A DNA stretch of 64,000 nt from a virus (lineage: Duplodnaviria > Heunggongvirae > Uroviricota > Caudoviricetes), in the IMG/VR virus record IMGVR_UViG_2562617057_000010, positions 1-64,000 of that record; one strand, 5' to 3'. Below the pieces are notes generated by a model. That model saw nothing but the letters and a program-made list of their open reading frames with translations, searched no databases and was not told where the DNA came from. The translations under genes were made by a program, and so were the position numbers. Below, piece by piece: positions 29,720-40,464 of this stretch. Numbering within the stretch: position 1 is the stretch's first letter; each line of letters opens with the position of its first letter.

Positions 29720-30238
29720 ATGATGGCGGGGATCCCAAAAAAACTGAAAGCCGCACTGCTGGCTGTAACAATTGCCGGTGGCGGTGTGGGTGGTTATCAG
29801 GAAATGACCCGTCAGTCTCTGATCCACCTGGAAAATATCGCTTATATGCCTTACCGCGATATTGCCGGTGTGCTTACGGTCTGTGTGGGACATACCGGGC
29901 CGGATATCGAAATGCGCCGTTACAGCCATGCGGAGTGTATGGCTCTCCTCGACAGTGATTTAAAACCGGTTTATGCGGCAATCGATCGTCTTGTCAGGGT
30001 GCCGCTGACGCCCTATCAGAAAACGGCGCTGGCAACGTTTATTTTCAACACCGGTGTTACCGCATTCAGTAAATCAACGCTGCTGAAAAAACTCAATGCC
30101 GGTGATTACGCCGGAGCGCGTGACCAGATGGCCCGCTGGGTGTTTGCCGCAGGCCATAAATGGAAAGGACTGATGAACCGTCGCGAAGTGGAAATGGCAA
30201 TCTGGAATATCAGGGGGGCGGATGACCTTCGCCAGTAA
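29720..30238 (+). CDS. lys: Endolysin with N-terminal signal-anchor (SAR-type lysozyme)
   Basis: 172 aa; hydrophobic N-terminus AALLAVTIAGGGVGG then lysozyme-like domain. Confidence 0.8.
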   Translation: MMAGIPKKLKAALLAVTIAGGGVGGYQEMTRQSLIHLENIAYMPYRDIAGVLTVCVGHTGPDIEMRRYSHAECMALLDSDLKPVYAAIDRLVRVPLTPYQKTALATFIFNTGVTAFSKSTLLKKLNAGDYAGARDQMARWVFAAGHKWKGLMNRREVEMAIWNIRGADDLRQ

Positions 30239-30608
30239 AAGTTTACTGCTGGCAGCCGTGTTTGCCGCCGTTCTGTCCGGGGTGTTGTGGCACAGGCTGG
30301 ACAGCACCCGCCACGATAACCAGACGCTGCGCCGTGAATTACAGACGGAGCAACAGGCCCGCCACACTGCTGAATGGTTGTTACACGGTCAGGAACAGAC
30401 GATGCAGGTATTTTCCGCTATCCGTGCCGCAAATCGTGCCGCACGGCTGGCAGATGAGACAGAACATCATGATGCAAAAGAAAAAATTACAACCGCCATT
30501 ACCGGTGACGATTGCAGCACTCGTCCTGTGCCTGCCGTTGCTGCTGACAGGTTGCGGGAACTCGAAAAACGCACCCGTGCCATCGGTGGTGATCCTGCCC
30601 GAAACTGA
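30222..30608 (+). CDS. Spanin inner-membrane subunit (Rz-like)
   Basis: 128 aa, N-terminal TM, coiled coil. Confidence 0.6.
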   Translation: MTFASKSLLLAAVFAAVLSGVLWHRLDSTRHDNQTLRRELQTEQQARHTAEWLLHGQEQTMQVFSAIRAANRAARLADETEHHDAKEKITTAITGDDCSTRPVPAVAADRLRELEKRTRAIGGDPARN

Positions 30609-30810
30609 TGCAGAACTGACGGAAGCAACGCCCGTTCCGCCCATGCCACAGCCCCTGACGTGGGGTGCATCCCTTCTCTGGAATGCTGACCTGCTGATGG
30701 CGCTCGGGCAGTGCAACCGCGACAAGGCATCAGTCCGGGAACAGGAGACCCGGAGGAAAGAAATTTATGAACGAAGACCAGAACCGGGCGGCGGCGCTGC
30801 TGCTCGCTGA
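30469..30810 (+). CDS. Spanin outer-membrane lipoprotein (Rz1-like), overlapping Rz
   Basis: Alternate-frame ORF starting inside Rz and extending past it; lipobox LLLTGC, Pro-rich. Confidence 0.5.
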   Translation: MMQKKKLQPPLPVTIAALVLCLPLLLTGCGNSKNAPVPSVVILPETDAELTEATPVPPMPQPLTWGASLLWNADLLMALGQCNRDKASVREQETRRKEIYERRPEPGGGAAAR

Positions 30811-30961
30811 ACTCTGGCAGGGGGATACCCGTGATATTCCCCGTCCGGCGGCGTATGACCCGCCTGTATTGTGTGCCGGTTGCGGTCGTGAGCTGCGGCC
30901 TGATGTGCTGAGACAGCAGCCAATGGCGAACTACTGTCACTGGTGCCGTGGAGCGGAATAA
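30767..30961 (+). CDS. Small zinc-ribbon protein (CAGC...CHWC)
   Basis: 64 aa, stop overlaps next start (TAATG). Confidence 0.35.
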   Translation: MNEDQNRAAALLLAELWQGDTRDIPRPAAYDPPVLCAGCGRELRPDVLRQQPMANYCHWCRGAE

Positions 30962-31260
30962 TGGATTTGATTTCAGTTTTAGCGTTATGGCCTTACCTGT
31001 TGCCTGTTGTGGCCGGTGGGGCTGTCTGGGCGATGCGTCGTAGTTTTGCCAGCACCGAGCGCGTGGAACGTCTTGAAAACCGGATGACCGAAATGGAAAC
31101 CCGCTACGCCAGCATCCCTGGCACAGAAGATGTACACGAAATGCGCCTGCGTATTGCAGAGCTGTCCGGCGATATCCGGGTGCTGTCCCGGCAGGTGCAG
31201 TCATTTTCCCATCAACTGGAGCTGCTGCTTGAAAACGCAGTAAACCGGAGTAATTCATGA
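30961..31260 (+). CDS. Small membrane protein with coiled coil
   Basis: about 99 aa, N-terminal TM helix. Confidence 0.4.
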   Translation: MDLISVLALWPYLLPVVAGGAVWAMRRSFASTERVERLENRMTEMETRYASIPGTEDVHEMRLRIAELSGDIRVLSRQVQSFSHQLELLLENAVNRSNS

Positions 31261-31547
31261 TTAACGATATTCTGACCGAAGACCGTCGTCTGGTCATCCT
31301 GCGTTCCCTGATGGACTGCAATAACGAAGCAAACGAATCCATCCTTCAGGACTGTCTGGATGCATACGGACACAACGTTTCCCGCGATGTGGTTCGCGGC
31401 CAGATTGACTGGCTGGCAGAGCAGCAACTGGTCACCGTGGAAAACCTGCGCGGCTTTTATGTCGTAACGCTGACCTCCCGTGGTCAGGATGTGGCAGAAG
31501 GTCGTGCCCGCGTTGCCGGTGTCAAGCGTCCGCGTCCCCGTGCATGA
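31257..31547 (+). CDS. Late protein, unknown function
   Basis: 96 aa upstream of terminase genes. Confidence 0.45.
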   Translation: MINDILTEDRRLVILRSLMDCNNEANESILQDCLDAYGHNVSRDVVRGQIDWLAEQQLVTVENLRGFYVVTLTSRGQDVAEGRARVAGVKRPRPRA

Positions 31548-32134
31548 CAGGAGGCGTGATGGACAGGAAAACACGGGGCCGGGCTTCAAAAGTGGATTTA
31601 CTGCCGGAAAACGTACGTAAAACGCTGCATGAAATGCTGCGTGACAAAGCGATTCCACAGGCCCGCATTCTGGAAGAAATTAACGCACTGATTGAAGACG
31701 CTGGCCTGCCGGATGAGATGAAACTCTCCCGTTCCGGTCTGAACCGTTACGCGACGAACGTCGAGCAGGTAGGCCATAACCTGCGACAGATGCGTGAAAT
31801 GACGTCAGCACTGACCGCAGAACTTGGCGACAGGCCAATGGGAGAAACCACAAAGCTGATTCTGGAAATGGCCCGCAGCCAGCTTTTTAAGGCCATGATG
31901 CGGCAAATCGAAAACCCGGAATCTGACGTGGATATTGACCTGCTGAAAAATGCCATGCTGGCGGCACAGCGTCTGGAATCCACGGCAATGTCGAGCCACC
32001 GGCGCGAGAAAGAAATCCGCCAGGCATTCGCAGAAGAAGCAGCAAACGCCGTCAGTGAAGAACTGCGCGGGCAGGATGGCATCAGCGAAGAACTGGAGCA
32101 GCGCATCCGTGATGTACTGCTGGGGAAAGCGTAG
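31544..32134 (+). CDS. Putative terminase small subunit / DNA-binding protein
   Basis: 196 aa, position immediately before large terminase. Confidence 0.5.
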   Translation: MTGGVMDRKTRGRASKVDLLPENVRKTLHEMLRDKAIPQARILEEINALIEDAGLPDEMKLSRSGLNRYATNVEQVGHNLRQMREMTSALTAELGDRPMGETTKLILEMARSQLFKAMMRQIENPESDVDIDLLKNAMLAAQRLESTAMSSHRREKEIRQAFAEEAANAVSEELRGQDGISEELEQRIRDVLLGKA

Positions 32135-32408
32135 GCGTTACGTTATGAAAAATAATTACAAAGCACAGCTAATCAGTGCCCATAAAAAAGCCTTCAGGAT
32201 TGCAACATTGTCTGATGTCCGGTTGATACACCAGATTCGGGATGTGCTTGTTCAGGCCATGGCTTCAGGCAATTCATGGCATACCACCATAAAGCAACTA
32301 AGGATGTTGTCCTGAGGAGATGAAAATGGCGGATGCCCGGCGACGGCAGGTCAGGTGATCGGTTGTTCCTGGATTCGCCGGTAACGTTTTACACCGGATT
32401 TTTCACCC

Positions 32409-34064
32409 ATGAGCACCAGAGAAAGCAAACTTAAAGCCCTTCATGCGCCCCGCAAAATCGACCTGCGTAGGGAAGCCGAACTGCTCGGCGTGAATATCGT
32501 TACCGATATCGGGGAAGCACAGCCCCGCAATGAACCGGTTTTTCTGGGCTATCAGCGCCGCTGGTTTGAGGATGAAAGCCAGATTTGCATCGCTGAAAAA
32601 TCCCGTCGTACCGGTCTGACATGGGCCGAAGCGGGCCGCAATGTCATGACGGCAGCAAAGCCGCGCCGCCGTGGCGGTCGCAACGTCTTTTATGTGGGTT
32701 CCCGTCAGGAAATGGCGCTGGAATACATCGCCGCCTGTGCCCTGTTTGCCCGCGCCTTTAACCAGCTGGCAAAGGCTGACGTATGGGAGCAGACCTTCTG
32801 GGACAGTGACAAAAAAGAAGAAATCCTCACTTATATGATCCGTTTCCCTAACAGCGGATTTAAGGTGCAGGCGCTGTCAAGCCGTCCGTCTAACCTGCGT
32901 GGTTTGCAGGGGGACGTGGTGATTGATGAGGCGGCATTTCATGAAGCCCTGGACGAACTCCTGAAAGCGGCCTTTGCTCTCATCATGTGGGGTGCCCGCG
33001 TGCGGATCATATCGACACATAACGGCGTCGATAACCTGTTTAACCAGTACATTCAGGATGCGCGTGAGGGGCGCAAGGATTACAGCGTTCACCGCATCAC
33101 GCTGGATGATGCCATCGCTGACGGACTGTACCGGCGTATCTGTTACGTCACGAATCAGCCGTGGTCGCCGGAAGCGGAAAAAGCCTGGCGTGATGGCCTG
33201 TACCGGAATGCGCCGAATAAAGAGAGTGCCGACGAGGAATACGGCTGTATTCCAAAAAAATCCGGGGGCGCTTATCTGTCACGCGTGCTGATTGAAGCCG
33301 CCATGACGCCAGCGCGGGATATCCCGGTTCTGCGTTTTGAAGCCCCGGACGATTTTGAATCGCTGACACCACAAATGCGCCACGGCATCGTTCAGGACTG
33401 GTGTGAACAGGAGCTGCTCCCGTTGCTCGATGCGCTGTCGCCGCTCAATAAACACGTACTGGGCGAAGACTTTGCACGCCGTGGCGACCTGACGGTGTTT
33501 GTGCCGCTTGCCATCACTCCTGACTTACGCAAACGCGAATGTTTCCGCGTGGAGCTGCGTAATGTGACCTATGACCAGCAGCGACAAATCCTTTTATTCA
33601 TTCTGTCCCGTTTGCCCCGTTTTACCGGCGCTGCATTTGATGCCACCGGTAACGGCGGTTATCTGGCAGAAGCCGCCCGTCTGATTTATGGCCCGGAGAT
33701 GATCGACTGCATCAGTCTGACCGCCGCCTGGTATCAGGAGTGGATGCCGAAACTGAAAGGCGAGTTTGAAGCGCAGAACATCACGATTGCCCGGCATCAG
33801 ACCACACTCGATGACCTGCTTCATATCAAGGTGGACAAAGGTATTCCGCAGATTGATAAGGGGCGCACAAAAGATGAAAGCGGTAAAGGCCGACGACATG
33901 GTGACTTTGCCGTGGCGCTCTGTATGGCTGTCAGGGCGTCTTATATGAATGGTTTTGTTATCGACGAGGACAGCATACAGGCGCTGCCACCACGCCACCG
34001 TGGTGATGATGTTGATAACGATGATTTTGATGATTATCACCAGTTTGAACGAGGGGGCTGGTAA
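32409..34064 (+). CDS. Terminase large subunit
   Basis: 551 aa, ATPase plus nuclease architecture, Mu gp28 position. Confidence 0.8.
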   Translation: MSTRESKLKALHAPRKIDLRREAELLGVNIVTDIGEAQPRNEPVFLGYQRRWFEDESQICIAEKSRRTGLTWAEAGRNVMTAAKPRRRGGRNVFYVGSRQEMALEYIAACALFARAFNQLAKADVWEQTFWDSDKKEEILTYMIRFPNSGFKVQALSSRPSNLRGLQGDVVIDEAAFHEALDELLKAAFALIMWGARVRIISTHNGVDNLFNQYIQDAREGRKDYSVHRITLDDAIADGLYRRICYVTNQPWSPEAEKAWRDGLYRNAPNKESADEEYGCIPKKSGGAYLSRVLIEAAMTPARDIPVLRFEAPDDFESLTPQMRHGIVQDWCEQELLPLLDALSPLNKHVLGEDFARRGDLTVFVPLAITPDLRKRECFRVELRNVTYDQQRQILLFILSRLPRFTGAAFDATGNGGYLAEAARLIYGPEMIDCISLTAAWYQEWMPKLKGEFEAQNITIARHQTTLDDLLHIKVDKGIPQIDKGRTKDESGKGRRHGDFAVALCMAVRASYMNGFVIDEDSIQALPPRHRGDDVDNDDFDDYHQFERGGW

Positions 34065-35602
34065 TGGGCCGTATTCTGGATATTTCCGGGCAGCCGTTTG
34101 ATTTTGACGATGAAATGCAGACCCGCAGCGATGAGCTGGCAATGGTCATGAAGCGCACGCAGGAGCATCCTTCCAGTGGTGTGACGCCGAACCGGGCCGC
34201 GCAGATGCTGCGTGATGCCGAACGCGGTGATCTGACAGCACAGGCTGACCTGGCCTTTGATATGGAAGAAAAGGACACCCACCTTTTTTCCGAACTGAGC
34301 AAGCGCCGCCTTGCCATTCAGGCGCTGGAATGGCGCATCGCTCCGGCACGTGATGCCAGCGCACAGGAGAAAAAAGACGCCGACATGCTGAATGAATATC
34401 TGCATGATGCGGCGTGGTTTGAAGATGCCCTGTTTGATGCCGGTGATGCCATTCTCAAGGGTTATTCCATGCAGGAGATTGAATGGGGCTGGCTGGGCAA
34501 AATGCGCGTGCCGGTGGCGCTGCATCATCGCGATCCGGCGCTGTTCTGCGCGAACCCCGATAATCTGAACGAATTACGTCTGCGTGATACGTCTTATCAC
34601 GGGCTGGAGCTGCAACCGTTCGGCTGGTTTATGCACCGGGCCAAATCCCGCACCGGGTATGTTGGCACCAATGGCCTTGTGCGCACGCTTATCTGGCCTT
34701 TTATTTTTAAAAACTATTCCGTGCGTGATTTTGCAGAGTTTCTGGAAATTTACGGACTCCCCATGCGCGTCGGTAAATATCCGACCGGCTCCACAAACCG
34801 TGAGAAAGCCACGCTGATGCAGGCCGTGATGGATATCGGGCGACGTGCCGGTGGCATTATTCCGATGGGGATGACGCTGGATTTTCAGAGCGCCGCAGAT
34901 GGTCAGTCAGACCCCTTTATGGCGATGATTGGCTGGGCAGAAAAAGCGATTTCAAAAGCCATTCTGGGCGGCACCCTGACCACAGAGGCTGGCGATAAAG
35001 GTGCACGGTCGCTGGGTGAAGTGCATGATGAGGTTCGCCGGGAAATCCGTAACGCGGATGTGGGCCAGCTTGCCCGCAGTATTAACCGTGACCTGATTTA
35101 TCCCCTGCTGGCACTGAACAGTGACAGCACCATTGATATTAACCGCCTGCCGGGCATTGTATTTGATACCAGTGAAGCGGGTGATATTACGGCACTGTCT
35201 GACGCCATTCCGAAACTGGCGGCGGGAATGCGTATTCCGGTCTCCTGGATACAGGAAAAACTTCATATTCCACAGCCGGTCGGTGATGAAGCCGTGTTTA
35301 CTGCTCAACCGGTTGTCCCGGATAACGGTCCGCAGAAAGAGGCCGCATTATCCGCTGAAGATATCCCGCAGGAGGATGATATCGACCGGATGGGCGTCTC
35401 ACCGGAAGACTGGCAGCGTTCGGTTGATCCCCTGCTGAAACCCGTCATTTTTTCTGTGCTGAAAGATGGCCCGGAAGCCGCCATGAACAAAGCCGCTTCA
35501 TTATATCCGCAGATGGATGATGCAGAACTTATCGACATGCTGACCCGTGCCATTTTTGTTGCCGATATATGGGGGCGTCTGGATGCCGCAGCAGACCATT
35601 GA
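34064..35602 (+). CDS. Portal protein (Mu H-like)
   Basis: 512 aa following terminase. Confidence 0.8.
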   Translation: MGRILDISGQPFDFDDEMQTRSDELAMVMKRTQEHPSSGVTPNRAAQMLRDAERGDLTAQADLAFDMEEKDTHLFSELSKRRLAIQALEWRIAPARDASAQEKKDADMLNEYLHDAAWFEDALFDAGDAILKGYSMQEIEWGWLGKMRVPVALHHRDPALFCANPDNLNELRLRDTSYHGLELQPFGWFMHRAKSRTGYVGTNGLVRTLIWPFIFKNYSVRDFAEFLEIYGLPMRVGKYPTGSTNREKATLMQAVMDIGRRAGGIIPMGMTLDFQSAADGQSDPFMAMIGWAEKAISKAILGGTLTTEAGDKGARSLGEVHDEVRREIRNADVGQLARSINRDLIYPLLALNSDSTIDINRLPGIVFDTSEAGDITALSDAIPKLAAGMRIPVSWIQEKLHIPQPVGDEAVFTAQPVVPDNGPQKEAALSAEDIPQEDDIDRMGVSPEDWQRSVDPLLKPVIFSVLKDGPEAAMNKAASLYPQMDDAELIDMLTRAIFVADIWGRLDAAADH

Positions 35603-36902
35603 TCTGGCGTATGCCGCACGCCTCCCGCCAAAGGAGGCTGTCGCGTATTTCCGCGCCAAAGGCTACAACATCACCTGGAACTGGTACGAACAACTGGCAG
35701 ACGCGCACGCCCGCGCCTTTACCGTTGCCAAAGCCACCCGGATGGATGTCCTGACCACAATCCGTGGGGAAGTGGAGCGGGCTGTCAGTGAAGGCATCAC
35801 CCGTGAAGAATTTACCCGCACACTGGCCCCCCGGCTGCAAAAACTCGGATGGTGGGGAAAACAAATCATCGTGGATGCAGAGGGAAACGCGAAGGTAATC
35901 GAGCTGGGCAGTCCGCGTCGTCTGGCAACCATTTATAACGTCAATACCCGTACAGCGTACGGGGCGGGACGTTATGCACAGATGATGAATACCGCAGATT
36001 TGTATCCGTACTGGCAGTACGTTGCCGTTATGGATGGCAGAACACGCCCGGAACATGCGCGGCTGCACAATATGGTTTTCCGGTATGACGACATTTTCTG
36101 GCAGACGCATTACCCGCCCAATGGCTGGAACTGCCGCTGTCGCGTCCGGGCGCTGTCTGCGGCCCGCATGAAAGAACTGGGGCTACAGGTCAGTTATGGG
36201 GCGTCATTCATGAATACCCGCGAAGTGGATGCCGGTACGGATGAAAGCACCGGAGAGATTTTCCGCACATCGTCAACCACGTTTGACAACGGTCGGGTAA
36301 AAATGACGCCGGATGTGGGCTGGTCATATAACCCCGGTTCGGCGGCATTTGGTACGGATCAGGCACTGATTCGAAAACTGGTGGAAGTTCGTGACGCGCA
36401 GCTGCGTGAGCAGGTTGTTCAGACGCTGAATAACAGCCGGGAGCGTCAGCTTGCTTTTTCCCTCTGGCTTAAACGTCTGGCGAAATCACGCCGGGCCGGA
36501 CATGAGGTCCGTGCGCTGGGGTTTATGACGGAAGCCGTGGCGGAGGCCGTATATCAGCGCACCGGGAATATGCCAGCCCGTCTGCTTGTGATGAACGGAA
36601 AAAGTCTGGCGACCACTGCTGATGCCGCCCTGAAACTGGAGGATTTACAGCGTCTGCCGTCACTGATGGCAAAACCACAGGCGGTATTGTGGGACAGGGA
36701 GAACCACCAGTTGCTGTATGTTGTGGCAACCCGCGACGGCACTGCAAAAGTTGTGGTCAGAACATCGCAGGCTGTCAGCAAACAGAATGACCGGGCGGAT
36801 GTGCTGGTCAGTATCAGCCGCGTATCTGCACAGTCGCTTGAAGCCGCGATTGCTGACGGGATGATTGACATACTGGAGGGGCATGTGGAGGTGAATAAGT
36901 GA
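35583..36902 (+). CDS. Head morphogenesis protein (Mu F-like)
   Basis: about 440 aa after portal. Confidence 0.75.
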   Translation: MPQQTIDLAYAARLPPKEAVAYFRAKGYNITWNWYEQLADAHARAFTVAKATRMDVLTTIRGEVERAVSEGITREEFTRTLAPRLQKLGWWGKQIIVDAEGNAKVIELGSPRRLATIYNVNTRTAYGAGRYAQMMNTADLYPYWQYVAVMDGRTRPEHARLHNMVFRYDDIFWQTHYPPNGWNCRCRVRALSAARMKELGLQVSYGASFMNTREVDAGTDESTGEIFRTSSTTFDNGRVKMTPDVGWSYNPGSAAFGTDQALIRKLVEVRDAQLREQVVQTLNNSRERQLAFSLWLKRLAKSRRAGHEVRALGFMTEAVAEAVYQRTGNMPARLLVMNGKSLATTADAALKLEDLQRLPSLMAKPQAVLWDRENHQLLYVVATRDGTAKVVVRTSQAVSKQNDRADVLVSISRVSAQSLEAAIADGMIDILEGHVEVNK

Positions 36903-37369
36903 GTCTTGATATGAACGTTGCCGTGGATGTGCGACGTATTCAGCTTGCGCTGGATGAACTGGGAACCGTCACACGTGACCGCGTCATTCCCCGTGTGATG
37001 GCTGCGGCGCTGCTGTCATCCACGGAACAGGCATTTGAACGGCAGGCAGACCCGGATACAGGGAAAGGCTGGGAAGCGTGGAGCGATTCGTGGCTGGCAT
37101 GGCGTCAGGATCATGGTTTTGTTCCGGGCAGTATTCTTACCCTGCATGGCGATCTGGCACGCAGCATTACCACCGATTATGGACAGGATTATGCCCTGAT
37201 TGGTTCGCCAAAAATTTATGCTGCCATTCATCAGTGGGGCGGTACACCCGATATGGCCCCCCGCCCGGCAGGCGTTCCTGCGCGTCCTTATATGGGGCTG
37301 GATAAGACCGGGGAACAGGAAATTTTTGATGCCATCAGAAAACGCGTCAGCGCCGCTCTGAGGCAATAA
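36899..37369 (+). CDS. Virion morphogenesis protein (Mu G-like)
   Basis: 156 aa. Confidence 0.65.
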   Translation: MSLDMNVAVDVRRIQLALDELGTVTRDRVIPRVMAAALLSSTEQAFERQADPDTGKGWEAWSDSWLAWRQDHGFVPGSILTLHGDLARSITTDYGQDYALIGSPKIYAAIHQWGGTPDMAPRPAGVPARPYMGLDKTGEQEIFDAIRKRVSAALRQ

Positions 37370-37565
37370 ACAGAATCAGGCATAAAATCAGCCGCACAGA
37401 TTTTTTAAAACGCGCCACGGGATTTTTAAACCGGTATTTAACGGTGTATGAATCCCGTTTTATCTTCCTTCCACTTTCTTTCTCCAGTACTCAAATAGCA
37501 TAACCCCAGATTTTCCCGCACCTCCCGCAAACTGACTGCTCACAAACCATGATGAGCAGCAGGAC

Positions 37566-38651
37566 ATGAAAAAACACGCGATTGGCATTGCCGCACTGAG
37601 TGCGCTGTCCATTGACGATGACGGCTGGTGCCAGCTATTGCCTGCCGGTCATTTCAGTGCCCGTGATGGTCGTCCGTTTGATGTGACAGGCGGTCAGGGG
37701 TGGTTCATCGACGGTGAGATTGCCGGGCGTCTGGTTGAAGGCGTTCGCGCGCTCAACCAGGACGTGCTGATTGATTACGAGCATAACCAGCTACGTAAGG
37801 ACAAAGGATTACCCCCGGAACAACTCGTCGCGGCTGGCTGGTTTAACGCCGATGAAATGCAGTGGCGTGAAGGTGAAGGGTTATTTATCCACCCACGCTG
37901 GACGGCGGCGGCCCAGCAGCGCATCGATGACGGCGAATTTGGTTATCTCTCTGCGGTTTTTCCGTATGACACCGCCACCGGTGCGGTGCTGCAAATCCGC
38001 CTTGCTGCGCTGACCAATGACCCCGGTGCCACCGGCATGAAAAAGCTGACCGCACTGGCGGCAGACCTTCCCGACATCCTTCAACAGGAGAACAAACCCA
38101 TGAATGAAACGCTGCGCAAGCTGCTTGCGCGTCTTGGGGTGACTGTCCCCGAAAATGCAGACATCACCGATGAACAGGCAACAGCGGCACTGACCGCACT
38201 GGACACGCTGGAAAGTAATGCCGGGAAAGTGGCGTCGTTATCCGCCGAACTGGAAAAGGCACAGAACGCCGCCGTTGACCTGACGAAATACGTCCCGGTG
38301 GAAAGCTACAACGCCCTGCGTGATGAACTGGCACAGGCGACTGCACAAAGCGCCACAGCCAGCCTGAGCGCCGTTCTGGACAAGGCGGAACAGGAAGGCC
38401 GCATTTTCAAAAGCGAACGTACCTATCTGGAACAGCTTGGCGGTCAGATTGGCGTGGCGGCACTGTCGGCACAGCTTGAGAAAAAACAGCCCATCGCTGC
38501 GTTATCTGCCATGCAGACCACAACGGTACAAAACCTGTCACAGGAAAAACCGGCAGTGGCGGTGCTGTCTGCTGATGAACAGGCAGCAGTGAAGGCGCTC
38601 GGCATTACTGAGGCTGAGTATCTGAAAATGAAACAGGAACAAGAAAAATGA
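37566..38651 (+). CDS. Head protease / scaffold (Mu I-like)
   Basis: 361 aa, Ala/Gln-rich coiled-coil C-terminal half. Confidence 0.7.
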   Translation: MKKHAIGIAALSALSIDDDGWCQLLPAGHFSARDGRPFDVTGGQGWFIDGEIAGRLVEGVRALNQDVLIDYEHNQLRKDKGLPPEQLVAAGWFNADEMQWREGEGLFIHPRWTAAAQQRIDDGEFGYLSAVFPYDTATGAVLQIRLAALTNDPGATGMKKLTALAADLPDILQQENKPMNETLRKLLARLGVTVPENADITDEQATAALTALDTLESNAGKVASLSAELEKAQNAAVDLTKYVPVESYNALRDELAQATAQSATASLSAVLDKAEQEGRIFKSERTYLEQLGGQIGVAALSAQLEKKQPIAALSAMQTTTVQNLSQEKPAVAVLSADEQAAVKALGITEAEYLKMKQEQEK

Positions 38652-39565
38652 TTGTCACCCCGGCATCCATTAAAGCCCTGATGACCTCCTGGCGTAAGGA
38701 TTTTCAGGGCGGTCTTGAAGACGCCCCGTCGCAGTACAGCAAAATTGCAATGGTGGTGAACTCTTCCACCCGCAGTAATACCTATGGCTGGCTGGGTAAA
38801 TTCCCGACCCTGAAAGAATGGGTGGGTAAGCGAACCATTCAGCAAATGGAAGCGCATGGCTACTCTATCGCCAATAAAACGTTTGAAGGCACCGTGGGTA
38901 TTTCCCGTGATGACTTCGAGGATGACAATCTGGGTATTTATGCGCCGATTTTTCAGGAGATGGGCCGTTCTGCGGCAGTTCAGCCGGATGAGCTGATTTT
39001 TAAACTTCTGAAAGATGGCTTTACCCAGCCCTGCTATGACGGTCAGAACTTCTTCGACAAGGAGCATCCGGTATATCCGAATGTGGACGGCACGGGCAGC
39101 GCGGTTAATACCTCCAACATCGTTGAGCAGGACAGCTTCAGCGGTCTGCCATTCTATCTGCTGGACTGCTCCCGCGCAGTCAAACCGCTGATTTTCCAGG
39201 AGCGCCGCAAACCGGAACTGGTCGCACGTACCCGTATCGATGACGACCACGTTTTTATGGATAACGAGTTCCTGTTTGGTGCCAGCGCCCGCCGTGCTGC
39301 CGGTTACGGCTTCTGGCAGATGGCTGTCGCGGTAAAAGGCGATCTGACGCTGGATAACCTCTGGAAGGGCTGGCAACTGATGCGATCTTTTGAAGGTGAT
39401 GGCGGTAAGAAGCTGGGCCTGAAGCCGACGCATATCGTTGTACCGGTCGGGCTGGAAAAAGCCGCAGAGCAACTGCTTAACCGTGAACTGTTCGCGGATG
39501 GCAATACCACCGTCTCCAACGAGATGAAGGGCAAGCTGCAACTGGTTGTCGCTGACTACCTGTAA
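38648..39565 (+). CDS. Major head subunit (Mu T-like)
   Basis: 305 aa followed by strong terminator. Confidence 0.8.
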   Translation: MIVTPASIKALMTSWRKDFQGGLEDAPSQYSKIAMVVNSSTRSNTYGWLGKFPTLKEWVGKRTIQQMEAHGYSIANKTFEGTVGISRDDFEDDNLGIYAPIFQEMGRSAAVQPDELIFKLLKDGFTQPCYDGQNFFDKEHPVYPNVDGTGSAVNTSNIVEQDSFSGLPFYLLDCSRAVKPLIFQERRKPELVARTRIDDDHVFMDNEFLFGASARRAAGYGFWQMAVAVKGDLTLDNLWKGWQLMRSFEGDGGKKLGLKPTHIVVPVGLEKAAEQLLNRELFADGNTTVSNEMKGKLQLVVADYL

Positions 39566-39572
39566 CCGTCAT

Positions 39573-39598
39573 TAAAAGGCGGTTCAGACCGCCTTTTA
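39573..39598 (+). terminator. Rho-independent terminator after major head gene
   Basis: AGGCGG-TTCAGA-CCGCCT then TTTT. Confidence 0.7.
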
Positions 39599-39631
39599 AC
39601 CTGATTTAAAGGAAAAGGAGGAGCATGTGTT

Positions 39632-40042
39632 ATGTCAGGCACTTCGCTTAATTCACAACGGCTGGACACTTCTCGCATCACTTGCACGGCGATTATTAAA
39701 TGCCTTCGTCCGGTCTACCGCCGCGCCGGAATCGCCTTTACACGTGGCGAAAACACCGTGGAAGTCACCGAAGAACAACTGGCGATCATTCGTGCCGACA
39801 GCGTGCTGTCTGTGGTATCTGCATCGTCAGCAGAAACGCTCGCTGAGGCTGGGGGGCTGGACGTTCTGGGTGTGGGCGATCTGAACGCCCGTATCCGTGC
39901 GACCGTTGCCGGTCTGGATAAGGCAAACCCGGAACACTTTACCGCAGGGGGGGAACCCAAAGTGAAAGCCGTCAGTGCGGCGCTGGGGGAACCGGTAAGC
40001 AGCGCGCAAATCAAAGCGGCGCAGGCTGAGGCGGATGCATGA
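39632..40042 (+). CDS. Head-tail region protein, unknown function
   Basis: 136 aa, AAGGAGGAG SD. Confidence 0.5.
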   Translation: MSGTSLNSQRLDTSRITCTAIIKCLRPVYRRAGIAFTRGENTVEVTEEQLAIIRADSVLSVVSASSAETLAEAGGLDVLGVGDLNARIRATVAGLDKANPEHFTAGGEPKVKAVSAALGEPVSSAQIKAAQAEADA

Positions 40043-40464
40043 ATTACGCGACGGTAAATGACCTGTGCGCCCGCTATACACGTACGCGGCTGGATATTCT
40101 CACCCGCCCTAAAACAGCGGACGGGCAGCCGGATGATGCCGTGGCAGAACAGGCACTGGCAGATGCTTCGGCCTTTATTGATGGCTATCTCGCCGCGCGC
40201 TTTGTTCTGCCGCTTACCGTCGTCCCCTCACTGCTGAAACGGCAGTGTTGCGTGGTGGCCTGGTTTTATCTGAATGAATCACAACCCACCGAGCAGATCA
40301 CCGCTGCCTACAGGGACACAGTGCGCTGGCTGGAACAGGTGCGCGATGGCAAAACAGATCCCGGCGTGGAAAGCAGGACGGCAGCCTCGCCGGATGGTGA
40401 AAACCTTGTGCAGGTGCAGTCTGACGCGCCGGTCTTCTCACGAAAACAGAAGGGGTTTATCTGA
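40039..40464 (+). CDS. Head-tail joining protein (Mu gp36-like)
   Basis: 141 aa. Confidence 0.5.
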   Translation: MNYATVNDLCARYTRTRLDILTRPKTADGQPDDAVAEQALADASAFIDGYLAARFVLPLTVVPSLLKRQCCVVAWFYLNESQPTEQITAAYRDTVRWLEQVRDGKTDPGVESRTAASPDGENLVQVQSDAPVFSRKQKGFI